Part shown: positions 44,101 to 51,875 of the stretch, one piece after another | Numbering within the stretch: position 1 is the first letter of the stretch | Layout: the number at the start of each line of letters is the position of its first letter | Origin: Patescibacteria group bacterium | Lineage (GTDB): Bacteria > Patescibacteriota > Patescibacteriia > Patescibacteriales > UBA12465 | DNA length: 64,000 bases | Direction of reading: 5' to 3' | Assembly: GCA_041650715.1 (NCBI GenBank) | Contig: JBAZKQ010000001.1 | Coordinates: 6,945-70,944 of the forward strand | Translations under genes and position numbers: made by a program | The notes under the pieces: generated by a model | The model's input: the letters and a program-made list of their open reading frames with translations, nothing else | The model's database searches: none | What the model was told of the DNA's origin: nothing

Positions 44101-46094
44101 ACGAAGCAGACAACATTTCTTCTGCCATGAGCCGGACTGTTACGATAACCACTAACACAACGGGCGGGACATCTTATTATATTTCTTCTTCATCAGGAAA
44201 CGATACATATACGGCGACTCAAGCCCAAAACCCGGCGACTCCTTGGAAAAGTATTGCAAAAGTTAACGCTCAAACTTTTGGTCCCGGAACATCCATTCTT
44301 TTTAAGAGGGGTGACGTCTGGAGCGGAGAAACCATAGTCGTTAACTCTTCGGGCAGTGTCAGTTCGCCAATTACTTACGGTTCTTATGGAACCGGCAATC
44401 AGCCGGTTATTTCCGGTTTTACAACGCTTACCGGTTGGACAAACGAAGGCGGAGGCATATATTCAAAAGTTATCTCGCCGCAATCGGCGCCGCGTATCGT
44501 AACGGTCAACGGCGTAAATACTGCCATGGGCCGGTGGCCTAACGCGGGTACAACTAATGGCGGCTATTTAACTTTTGAGTCTAATAACGGGACTACCTCA
44601 ATCACCGACAACCAATTGCCCTCTCTTTCAACTAATAATTGGACGGGTGCGGAAATAGTGACCCGAACGAATAAATGGTGGATCGATAGGAGCAAAATCG
44701 CCAGCCAGTCCGGAGGAACCATTACTTACGCTACGCCCATAAGGTACGCCGCTATCCCCGGTTATGGCTACTTTATTCAAAATGATTTAAGAACTTTGGA
44801 CCAATTAGGCGAATGGTATTATAATAGTACGACGAAAAAACTTTCCATGTTTTTCGGCGCTAATAGCCCCAGCGCTTACGTGGTAAAAGTCAGTACAACC
44901 GATGAATTGTTTAGTTCCATTTCTAAAAATTATATTACCCTTGATAGTCTTAGTTTTGCCGGAGCGAATACCAGCGCAGTCCGGTTTCGAGCACCAAGCG
45001 CCGCCAATTTTGTCTCGGTCAAAAATTGCAATATCGATACAAGCGGACTTGACGCTATTTATGTTGATGGCTCAACCAGTAATATAGCCATTGATAGCTG
45101 CAATATAAATAATAGCCAGGAACACGGTATTTATATCGGTGTTTCTTCAACCGCCGCGAATACCGCGCGCGTGGCCAACAACAATATCAGCCATACTGCG
45201 CTTTTCCCCGGCGTGGGTATTTCCTATAACCCCGATAACGCGCTCACCCTATCATGCAACAATAGTTTGGTTGAAAATAATGTGATTAGCTCAACCGGAT
45301 TTAACGGAATGAGTATTACCGGAGAAAGAAGCAATGTGACGGTCAGAAATAATTTAATTAGCGATTCGTGCCTGATTAAAGATGATTGCGCCGGAATTTA
45401 TGTGGGAACCAAAACCTATAATAACCACCCGACAAATTATATCCAAAACAACATCGTTTTAAATAGCGTCGGTAATCATGACGGCGTAAAAGCCGGTACA
45501 ACCGTTATCGCCCACGGTATTTATCTTGACGACAGCACTGAGAATACTGCTGTTTCCTATAATACAGCGGCATATAATGCCGGCGGTGGTATTTATTTAG
45601 GCTACGCGACAAAAAATGATACCGTTATACATAACGTCTCCTATAATAATGGCCATCAACTCTGGACGCTCAGGGGTGACGGTGTGATTAACCCCGCCTT
45701 TACAATTACCGATAATATATTTTTCGCCAAAGACTTAAGCAAGGACTTGGTCTTTATTGATAATTCCGATCCGGCCCTCTTGGGGACCCTGAACAATAAT
45801 TATTATGAGCGGCCACTTAATGACGATAATGTTTTTTACATTGCCATCGCTCCTATTTACCCTCGATATAAATTAAGCGAGTGGCAGTCCGCATATCACC
45901 AGGATCTTAATTCCCATATATCCCCGATTACCATAACCGATCCCAACGATGTTCGCTTTGAATACAATGCGACTGCTGCGACCAAGACGATTTCACTCGG
46001 CACTACCGTTTACGTAGATGTCACGGGGGTTATACGGACGGGCAGTATTAACCTGGCGCCTTATTATTCGTTGATTTTGATAAAGAGTAAATAA
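41103..46094 (+). CDS. Giant secreted protein C: Cys-rich repeats, pilin-head-like module, Ig/He_PIG-like domains, CGDG-type Cys repeats, right-handed beta-helix region
   Basis: 1663 aa with a signal peptide MKKAKLAIFFGFFIIATLFFVYRESFAQS. It has an ATNLPAGISIA (He_PIG-like) motif and repeated CGDGxC...E...C..DC motifs. The beta-helix cap TSYYISSSSGNDTYTATQAQNPATPWKSIAKVNA is followed by NN-I/V-x-S repeat rungs (NNNISHT, NNVISST, RNNLISDS, QNNIVLNS). Confidence 0.8.
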   Translation: MKKAKLAIFFGFFIIATLFFVYRESFAQSAGTSDAIGVRIIPNPNHYSVYRWYDSQGFSGSPQALAVDGYEAIRDGRTVYVNAANVKGKSIYTNIYLISYNQDPSPKTVDILGQIVKNWKFNSDLIEASNPGPQCTISALSCASDKDCDSTQLCATSGIASSSCQLKTALNCTSDDDCPDNFFCSSVKAKIIRDINRIGKTEELKDALYAYKSVNGSYPRLSAGSYLSGYTMSVWPSWQNTFLPALATAQNIVDPINRLGACAGYDAKTCWSESAQRFFMAPTNSYLPLPAGSYGFVYKTDLTGSDYNLCAVMETREATALLGFQFAPNNPTVSSCVTATGIISDGGITNSAPVLIESYLTGEADQEFNGSVKVIDAEDNPLVWALNTSGQSWSGWPSAPVLKDTSNLNQKKVYAPLAGSPGTYTTRLTVYDNLGAVMSTITPLVIINPKPLIEADDGVYTLNPKIPFSYSFYFSDNNLAAPASAFSFIKLSGASNLTLAGFSSSLVPAGHNRYQVTYQGTIPTTSKFYSDSDYLYRVTVRDKYNATTTKDIKITLKIEAPVLSFDCPPASRLGQAYTCLLGSTKQGDHTISYSATNLPAGISIATASTSLVSLIGTTNTLGSQELKILGTNEYGATSSRAFTLKVNSYCGDGLKQIPNSEGRGGIYNDGYEDCDGSAGVSVNSGVPVVSADPTLQYACSTYSSGTPYPIPNNNYCIFKSAIDGGGYCGDGFCQSLINYNGTEYPLENYTNCIADCDPTCVPSCVGSVCGDDGCGGTCGSCGSDKCIHGKCVVAAPGCSACGDSVCAGSETATSCPFDCTYGACLKDSDALSADQLCLLPISPGNCDSVHCVWQTNHCEPRYPSPSVEDCNALSTEDSCNGPIYGCVWDPTAHKNYLWCGDGQCTAENGENSTCCSADCGLPADTAKPIVMTFNIPSTSSLLTIPILAFTASDNTAVIGYALTETALAPAVNSSAWKIIAPTSYTFASAGSKTLYAWAIDEADNISSAMSRTVTITTNTTGGTSYYISSSSGNDTYTATQAQNPATPWKSIAKVNAQTFGPGTSILFKRGDVWSGETIVVNSSGSVSSPITYGSYGTGNQPVISGFTTLTGWTNEGGGIYSKVISPQSAPRIVTVNGVNTAMGRWPNAGTTNGGYLTFESNNGTTSITDNQLPSLSTNNWTGAEIVTRTNKWWIDRSKIASQSGGTITYATPIRYAAIPGYGYFIQNDLRTLDQLGEWYYNSTTKKLSMFFGANSPSAYVVKVSTTDELFSSISKNYITLDSLSFAGANTSAVRFRAPSAANFVSVKNCNIDTSGLDAIYVDGSTSNIAIDSCNINNSQEHGIYIGVSSTAANTARVANNNISHTALFPGVGISYNPDNALTLSCNNSLVENNVISSTGFNGMSITGERSNVTVRNNLISDSCLIKDDCAGIYVGTKTYNNHPTNYIQNNIVLNSVGNHDGVKAGTTVIAHGIYLDDSTENTAVSYNTAAYNAGGGIYLGYATKNDTVIHNVSYNNGHQLWTLRGDGVINPAFTITDNIFFAKDLSKDLVFIDNSDPALLGTLNNNYYERPLNDDNVFYIAIAPIYPRYKLSEWQSAYHQDLNSHISPITITDPNDVRFEYNATAATKTISLGTTVYVDVTGVIRTGSINLAPYYSLILIKSK
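41666..42055 (+). other. Type IV pilin-like globular (head) module inside protein C
   Basis: AKIIRDINRIGKTEELKDALYAYKSVNGSYPRL...NIVDPINRLG...YGFVYKTDLTGSDYNLCAVME follows the R-D-x-x-R-x-x-D/E-L-x-x-x-x-x-AL-x-x-Y-x-x-x-NG-x-YP ... DP-x-N ... Y-x-Y ... Y-x-L-x-A-x-x-E pattern of CPR/Gram-positive pilin heads. There is no class III (G/FTLIE) signal. Confidence 0.45.
44160..45700 (+). other. Right-handed parallel beta-helix region of protein C
   Basis: It has a pectate-lyase-fold-type N-cap and at least 8 rungs with N/D-N-x-I/V periodicity. Confidence 0.55.
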
Positions 46095-46114
46095 AATCAA
46101 ATATAACAAATTTT

Positions 46115-46426
46115 ATGAACAGAAAAAAAATATTATTTTTTGGAGTCGGCGGCGGCCTTGTTATTCTTGCCATCGTGGCGCTGATAATTTGGCAAATTAA
46201 TGCGCGCCGCACCCAGACCGCAATTATCGAGAAGCCAGGACTTAATTTTCAGCCGGAGTTTATGACGGCAGAGGAAAAAGCGGAGAAGGGCATAAGCACG
46301 GATTTGCGTGTTCAGGCCATGTCCCGTAACGCTTCGGGCACGGTAATGGTTTATAAAATAATTCGAAGCGATAGCGATATAAAAAATCCGGCGGAAATTA
46401 AAGCAATTAGCCCAAGACAAAACTAA
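46115..46426 (+). CDS. Small N-terminally anchored membrane protein
   Basis: 103 aa with a single TM helix (ILFFGVGGGLVILAIVALIIW). It starts 20 nt after protein C. Confidence 0.55.
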   Translation: MNRKKILFFGVGGGLVILAIVALIIWQINARRTQTAIIEKPGLNFQPEFMTAEEKAEKGISTDLRVQAMSRNASGTVMVYKIIRSDSDIKNPAEIKAISPRQN

Positions 46427-46488
46427 TGTCTGGCCAAGCAAGATAATATTCGCTATAATTAAATTACTAATAAATTTTGTTAAAAGAT

Positions 46489-47223
46489 ATGTTTAATGAT
46501 TTAAACAACGCTAATGGCGCTGCTCATCCGGTCGTGGATGATATTTTTGCCGAAACCGATAAACCGAGTGCCGGTGGCATCCAATCGGACATTGAAACGC
46601 ATAATGTCGGTCTGGCTAATTCGGGTGAAAACCTGCCGCCTATGCCGGTCGAAGCTCCAATGGAAAATAGCAAGGGCTACCTTAAAATAATAATTATTGC
46701 GGTTGTAGTAATTGTCGTTTTGGGTGGAGCTTACTTTACTTATTCGCAGTTTTTTAAATCAAATATCGATGGCGAGCCAAGTTCGCAAACACCGGCCGCA
46801 AGTAATGTCGCCCCGACTGTCGACCTTAACACCGCAGCGACTACAAGCCCTGCGACCAACACGGAATTTGTGAATGAGATTCCGGGGATGGCCTCAAGTA
46901 CTGTCCTGAGCCCGGTCGCAGTTGCTACTACGACTGAACCTGGATTCGTTGCCAGCTCAAGCGAAATTATTCCCGTCTCGACGATTGATTCGGACAGCGA
47001 CGGTTTAACGGATAGCGAAGAAAATATCGCCGGAACGAATATTAACGTGATTGATACGGATAATGATGGCTTGAGCGATTACGAAGAAGTAAAAATCTAT
47101 CACACTAATCCCGTGAATGCCGATACGGACGGCGATGGTTATTTGGACGGCGCCGAAGTAAAAAGCGGTTATGATCCTAATGTCCAGGGAGCGAAATTAC
47201 CGGGAAATTTAAGCACAAATTAA
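46489..47223 (+). CDS. Bitopic membrane protein with thrombospondin-type-3-like Ca-binding repeats
   Basis: Start placed at the ATG at 46489. It has a cytoplasmic N-terminus, one TM helix (IIIIAVVVIVVLGGAYF), a Thr/Ser/Ala-rich linker and three D-x-D-x-D-G-x-x-D-x-x-E repeats (DSDSDGLTDSEE, DTDNDGLSDYEE, DADTDGDGYLDGAE). Confidence 0.7.
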   Translation: MFNDLNNANGAAHPVVDDIFAETDKPSAGGIQSDIETHNVGLANSGENLPPMPVEAPMENSKGYLKIIIIAVVVIVVLGGAYFTYSQFFKSNIDGEPSSQTPAASNVAPTVDLNTAATTSPATNTEFVNEIPGMASSTVLSPVAVATTTEPGFVASSSEIIPVSTIDSDSDGLTDSEENIAGTNINVIDTDNDGLSDYEEVKIYHTNPVNADTDGDGYLDGAEVKSGYDPNVQGAKLPGNLSTN

Positions 47224-47239
47224 ATTCTAATTAAAGATT

Positions 47240-47440
47240 ATGTTAAATAATCTTGAACAAAAACCAAGCACGCGGACAAGTATCTTGGGCGGCGGAGCCA
47301 AAAAGCAACGCCTTTCCTTGAATCTGCATACCATGCCGCAAACCGTCACTGGCCACTGGAAAAAGTGGCTGGTTTTGGGTTTTCTGATACTTGGCATTTT
47401 TGCCTTGTTGTCTTTCGGGCTCTATTACTTGATGTCATAA
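47240..47440 (+). CDS. Small tail-anchored membrane protein
   Basis: 66 aa with a basic N-terminus and a C-terminal TM helix (WLVLGFLILGIFALLSFGLYYL). It starts 16 nt after the previous gene, and the next gene starts 3 nt after it. Confidence 0.5.
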   Translation: MLNNLEQKPSTRTSILGGGAKKQRLSLNLHTMPQTVTGHWKKWLVLGFLILGIFALLSFGLYYLMS

Positions 47441-47443
47441 ATT

Positions 47444-48475
47444 ATGTTTGGTCATAAAAAAAATACAATTGAAACGGCGGGAAATGATGTTGCCGCCAAG
47501 GTTAATGAAGACATGGTGGTGCGTAATATGCCTAATTTGGCAAAAATACGCACGGCCGTTATTCGTCCTGCCACCGAAAGGACAATGCCGGGCAGCCATC
47601 CTTTATCACAGATAAACGCACCGAAACAGAATTTTAAAATTGTTGGCTTATTAATTATTGGCGGGGGACTTTTATTTATTGGCGGACTTGTTTATCTTAG
47701 TTACATTTACATTATCAAACCGCAGACGAAAGTTCCGGTCGCGGTAGTTAATACCCCGGCGCCAACACCGAGCGTGCTGGTCGCAACTACGACTCAGCCG
47801 GTCGTTGAAGTTAATGTGACGCCAACGCCGGTCGCAACGGTTACGCCGGAGCTTTTGCAGGTTTCGAGTTCAAGCGAGGCAATCATGCCCGAAGAATCAG
47901 GCGGCAAATCCGGTGTGGGTTTAGCGCCGCTCGTTGATACCGATTTTGATGGTTTGAATGATGAAGAAGAGGCAGTATTGGGGACAAATCCGGAACTGGT
48001 TGATAGCAATAACAATACCTATTCAGATTTGTTAGAGATAGAAAATAATTATAATCCCGCCGGGACAGGGAGACTTAGCGAGAACGCAAATTTGCAGATT
48101 TATACCAATAAAGCGGGATCATATTCGATTTTGACGCCAAAAGATTGGCCCTTTAATTCCCTAAATAATGACGCCACGGTGACTTTTAGTGCGCCGGATG
48201 ATTCGATTATCCAAATCTCGCTTGAAGATAACGCCGATGGGCAGAGTATCATGGCTTGGTATAATAATTTATTTCCCGATACAACTATAACTTATGATAA
48301 ATTAAAGTCGACTGACGCCTGGGACGGTATTTGGTCCGATGATAACGCCAATTTTTATTTAACCGATAAAAAGAAATCAAAAATTTATATTTTATCTTAT
48401 ATACCCTCGGTCGCCGGGCGCATTGCTTACCCAAATATTTTTGCCCTCATGATTAATTCTTTTACTTTAAAATAA
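47444..48475 (+). CDS. Bitopic membrane protein with TSP3-like repeat and C-terminal globular domain
   Basis: 343 aa. It has the same layout as 46489..47223: a cytoplasmic N-terminus, a TM helix (IVGLLIIGGGLLFIGGLVYLSYIYII), a Thr/Pro/Val-rich linker and DTDFDGLNDEEE...GTNP, followed by a ~140-aa domain. Confidence 0.7.
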   Translation: MFGHKKNTIETAGNDVAAKVNEDMVVRNMPNLAKIRTAVIRPATERTMPGSHPLSQINAPKQNFKIVGLLIIGGGLLFIGGLVYLSYIYIIKPQTKVPVAVVNTPAPTPSVLVATTTQPVVEVNVTPTPVATVTPELLQVSSSSEAIMPEESGGKSGVGLAPLVDTDFDGLNDEEEAVLGTNPELVDSNNNTYSDLLEIENNYNPAGTGRLSENANLQIYTNKAGSYSILTPKDWPFNSLNNDATVTFSAPDDSIIQISLEDNADGQSIMAWYNNLFPDTTITYDKLKSTDAWDGIWSDDNANFYLTDKKKSKIYILSYIPSVAGRIAYPNIFALMINSFTLK

Positions 48476-48501
48476 TTATTCTTTTTTCTTAATTTTCTCA
48501 C

Positions 48502-48535
48502 AAAAAAACAGAGCTGTTATTTGCAGCTCTGTTTT
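48502..48535. terminator. Bidirectional intrinsic terminator (end of surface cluster / clpP)
   Basis: Stem acagagctg (48508-48516) / cagctctgt (48524-48532), with A7 upstream and T4 downstream. Confidence 0.7.
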
Positions 48536-48558
48536 AATTTTTGTTTATAGATTGATTT

Positions 48559-49137
48559 TTATTTTTTGATAATTTTATCGATAATTCCGTAGTTTTTGGC
48601 TTCATCCGCACTCATAAAATAATCGCGGTCGCTATCTTTTTCAACGACCGTCACTTTCTGGCCGGTATGAAAAGCGAGAATTTTATTCATCTTATCTTTT
48701 ATTTTTAAAATATGCTCCGCGCGTATCTTAACATCCGAGGCTTGCCCCTCGGCTCCGCCCATCACCTGATGGATCATAACCTCGCTGTTCGGAAGAGCAA
48801 AACGTTTGCCGGGTGCGCCCGCGGCCAAAAGGACTGAGGCCATGGAAGCGGCCATACCGATGCAGATAGTGGAGACCGGAGATTTTATATACTGCATGGT
48901 GTCATAAATGGCTAGGCCGGCCGTCACGGATCCGCCGGGCGAATTGATGTAGAATTTGATATCTTTATCACTTTCTTCCGCGTCTAAAAAAAGAAATTGA
49001 GCAATAACAATATTGGCCGTATGATCATCGATTTCTTCTCCTAAAAAAATTATGCGGTCTTTGAGCAGGCGGGAATAAATGTCGTAAGCACGTTCAATTT
49101 GGCCCTCTTTTTCGATAACTGTTGGTATAAGTGGCAT
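48559..49137 (-). CDS. clpP: ATP-dependent Clp protease proteolytic subunit
   Basis: 192 aa. [38 protein letters not shown] (catalytic Ser) and MIHQ (His) are present. Confidence 0.93.
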   Translation of the reverse strand: MPLIPTVIEKEGQIERAYDIYSRLLKDRIIFLGEEIDDHTANIVIAQFLFLDAEESDKDIKFYINSPGGSVTAGLAIYDTMQYIKSPVSTICIGMAASMASVLLAAGAPGKRFALPNSEVMIHQVMGGAEGQASDVKIRAEHILKIKDKMNKILAFHTGQKVTVVEKDSDRDYFMSADEAKNYGIIDKIIKK

Positions 49138-49241
49138 ATGTTTATGTTAATTAATAGATTAATTATAAAGAAAATTAGCCTTTTTGTAAAGACGAAAGTC
49201 GGGCATATTTAGTACGCTCCTCAAAAAAAATCTGCTAAAAC

Positions 49242-49270
49242 TTGATTTTTATTTTTAACTATTCTAATAT
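49242..49270 (+). promoter_or_regulatory. Candidate promoter of secDF
   Basis: TTGATT (49242-49247), a 17-nt spacer, then TAATAT (49265-49270). Confidence 0.45.
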
Positions 49271-49337
49271 TTTAGGGTCTATAGCTAATATAAAATAAAA
49301 CCGGCCTTTTTAAGCCGATCTCATTTTTTACAATATT

Positions 49338-50882
49338 ATGTCATTTACGCAAAAATTCTCGAAATTGTCCGTACGGGCCAAAGCCTGGTGGGTTTTCGCC
49401 ATTATTATTATCTTTACTATCGCTGTCGGATTAGCCGCCGGAGGCAGTTATTATAATGATATTGCGAAAAATTTGGCTAAAAAAACCAATAATATCGTCA
49501 TGTTGCCGGTTATTAAAGATTTGCCCTTTAGCTTGGGCCTCGATCTTCAGGGTGGTACTCATTTGGTTTATCAGGCTGATGTTACTAATATCCCAGAGAA
49601 AGACCGGGCGGGCGCTCTGGAAGCCGCTCGTGACGTCATTGAAAGACGGGTCAACGCCTTTGGCGTAAGTGAGCCGGTTGTTCAGGTTAACCAGGGGTCT
49701 AATGGCGAATATCGCATTATTGCCGAATTAGCCGGTATTAAGGACGTTAAGGCCGCTATTAAATTGATTGGGGAAACACCTATTCTTGAGTTTAAAGAAT
49801 TAGGATCCACGGTTACTCCGGTAGACGCTTCCTCAAGCGCTACGGTTACGCAAAACTGGGTAAATACTGAATTAACCGGTAAAAATTTGAAACGGGCCAC
49901 TTTGCAATTTAACCCGAATGATGGTTCTCCGGAAGTTTCTTTAGAGTTCGACACCGAGGGATCAAAAATGTTTGAGGCTATCACCGGCCGCAATATCGGT
50001 AAACCAGTCGCAATCTTTCTTGACGGCTATCCGATTAGCGAGCCGACCGTGAATGATAAAATTACCGGTGGGTCAGCCGTTATCTCTGGCCGTTTTAACG
50101 TCGAGGAAGCTAAACTTTTAGTAACTCGGCTTAATTCCGGCGCCTTACCGGTTCCGGTTACTCTTATTTCTCAAAAAACAGTTGAATCCAGTTTGGGTTC
50201 GAAATCTATTACCAATAGTATGCAAGCTGGTTTGGTCGGCTTATTGCTCGTTTCTATATTCATGATTTTATATTATCGCTTGCCTGGTGCCCTGGCTGTT
50301 CTTGCTTTATTGGTTTATGGTTTAACGATTCTGGCTATCTTTAAAGCTCTGCCGATTTGGCTCGCTCTAGTCTTGGTAGTTATGATGATCGGTTTAATAT
50401 TCTACACCTTTAATGAATTGAAATTGTTTAATGGGACCCTGGCGGTTTTGTTTACCGTCATCGGCGTTTTACTTTTCTTCTATGCCCAACAGGCCGTTAC
50501 CTTGACCTTGTCCGGTGTGGCTGGTTTCATCCTTTCTATCGGCATCGCGGTTGACGCCAACATTCTTATTTTCTCGCGTATGCGTGAAGAAATTAAGCTG
50601 GGTAAAACAGTTTCGCAAGCGGTAGACGCGGGCTTTAAACGCGCCTGGCCGTCAATTAGAGACGGAAACGTTTCGACGCTTATCACTTGTTTGATTTTGA
50701 TGTTCTTCGGAACCTCAGCTGTTAAAGGCTTCGGCACGACCTTATTCATCGGTATCGCAGTTTCCTTGTTCAGTGCGATTGTCATTACCCGCACGCTCTT
50801 TGTTCTTATTCTCGGCGATTGGTTGGAAAATAGAACCTGGCTCTTGGGTGCAAAAAAAGCTAAAGTTGAAGAAAGTAAATAA
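49338..50882 (+). CDS. secD: Protein translocase subunit SecD
   Basis: 514 aa. It has LGLDLQGGTHLVYQAD, a periplasmic P1 domain, and a C-terminal 6-TM region with GIAVDANILIFSRMREE. Confidence 0.92.
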   Translation: MSFTQKFSKLSVRAKAWWVFAIIIIFTIAVGLAAGGSYYNDIAKNLAKKTNNIVMLPVIKDLPFSLGLDLQGGTHLVYQADVTNIPEKDRAGALEAARDVIERRVNAFGVSEPVVQVNQGSNGEYRIIAELAGIKDVKAAIKLIGETPILEFKELGSTVTPVDASSSATVTQNWVNTELTGKNLKRATLQFNPNDGSPEVSLEFDTEGSKMFEAITGRNIGKPVAIFLDGYPISEPTVNDKITGGSAVISGRFNVEEAKLLVTRLNSGALPVPVTLISQKTVESSLGSKSITNSMQAGLVGLLLVSIFMILYYRLPGALAVLALLVYGLTILAIFKALPIWLALVLVVMMIGLIFYTFNELKLFNGTLAVLFTVIGVLLFFYAQQAVTLTLSGVAGFILSIGIAVDANILIFSRMREEIKLGKTVSQAVDAGFKRAWPSIRDGNVSTLITCLILMFFGTSAVKGFGTTLFIGIAVSLFSAIVITRTLFVLILGDWLENRTWLLGAKKAKVEESK

Positions 50883-50894
50883 TAATTTAATTAT

Positions 50895-51809
50895 ATGATT
50901 TATCGGATAATTCAAAAAAGAAGAATCTTCTTATCGCTCTCAACTTTGGCCGCCGTCGCCTCGATTTTAGCCCTCTTTTTCTGGGGCCTTAATTTCGGTA
51001 TTGATTTTACGGGGGGCAGTCTCTTGGAAGTTCAATACACTAATTATCAGCCGACGATTAGCGAAGTCCAGGATACACTTAAAAATGTCGGGCTCCAGAG
51101 CCTCGTGATTCAACCGACTCAGGATTCAGTCATTTTACGCTTTAAGGACAGTACCGAAGAGACGCATCAAGCGACCCTAACTCAATTAGAGAGTTTGGTT
51201 AAGGATAAGCCGAACACCACCTTTAAAGAACTGCAGTATGATTCGGTTGGCCCGTCTATCGGCCAGGAATTAAAAAGCAAATCCTTTAACGCTACCGCCA
51301 TTGTCTTTATCATGATTATTATTTATATTTCTTGGGCCTTCAGCAAGGTTTCAAAACCGATTGCTTCCTGGAAATATGGTGTAGCGGCTATTATCGCTTT
51401 GATTCATGATATTCTGTTTATTCTCGGCGTCTTCTCCGTTCTCGGTCATTTTTATGGCGTAGAGATTAACACGCCATTTATCGCCGCCGTCTTAACCGTT
51501 TTGGGCTATAGCGTGAGCGATACTATTATCGTTTTCGATCGTATTCGGGAAAACTTACCGAAGAGTCATGAGGACTTTGAAAATACGGTTAATCGCAGTG
51601 TAAACCAAACTATTACTCGTTCCATTAATACTTCCTTGTCTTCAATCCTGGCTTTAACTGCCGTGCTCCTTTTCGGTGGCAGCACCATTAAGGATTTTGC
51701 GCTTGCTCTTATCGTCGGTATTTTTATCGGTACTTATAGTTCAATTTTTGTTGCCAGTCCGGTTCTGGTAGTTTGGGAAAAACTGATGCATCGCAAAAAA
51801 ACTGTTTAA
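50895..51809 (+). CDS. secF: Protein translocase subunit SecF
   Basis: 304 aa. GIDFTGGSLLEV and GYSVSDTIIVFDRIREN are present. Confidence 0.92.
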   Translation: MIYRIIQKRRIFLSLSTLAAVASILALFFWGLNFGIDFTGGSLLEVQYTNYQPTISEVQDTLKNVGLQSLVIQPTQDSVILRFKDSTEETHQATLTQLESLVKDKPNTTFKELQYDSVGPSIGQELKSKSFNATAIVFIMIIIYISWAFSKVSKPIASWKYGVAAIIALIHDILFILGVFSVLGHFYGVEINTPFIAAVLTVLGYSVSDTIIVFDRIRENLPKSHEDFENTVNRSVNQTITRSINTSLSSILALTAVLLFGGSTIKDFALALIVGIFIGTYSSIFVASPVLVVWEKLMHRKKTV

Positions 51810-51829
51810 ATAAAATCACGGAAAATATA

Positions 51830-51857
51830 AAAATGGGCTGTTTTCAGCCCATTTTTT
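51830..51857 (+). terminator. Intrinsic terminator after secF
   Basis: 11-bp stem aaaatgggctg (51830-51840) / cagcccatttt (51845-51855), a 4-nt loop and a T-run. Confidence 0.75.
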
Positions 51858-51860
51858 ATT

Positions 51861-51869
51861 TGCTATAAT
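51861..51869 (+). promoter_or_regulatory. Extended -10 promoter element giving a probably leaderless transcript
   Basis: TGcTATAAT at 51861-51869. The ATG of the next gene begins at 51876, 7 nt after the -10, with no SD. Confidence 0.45.
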
Positions 51870-51875
51870 GACTTT

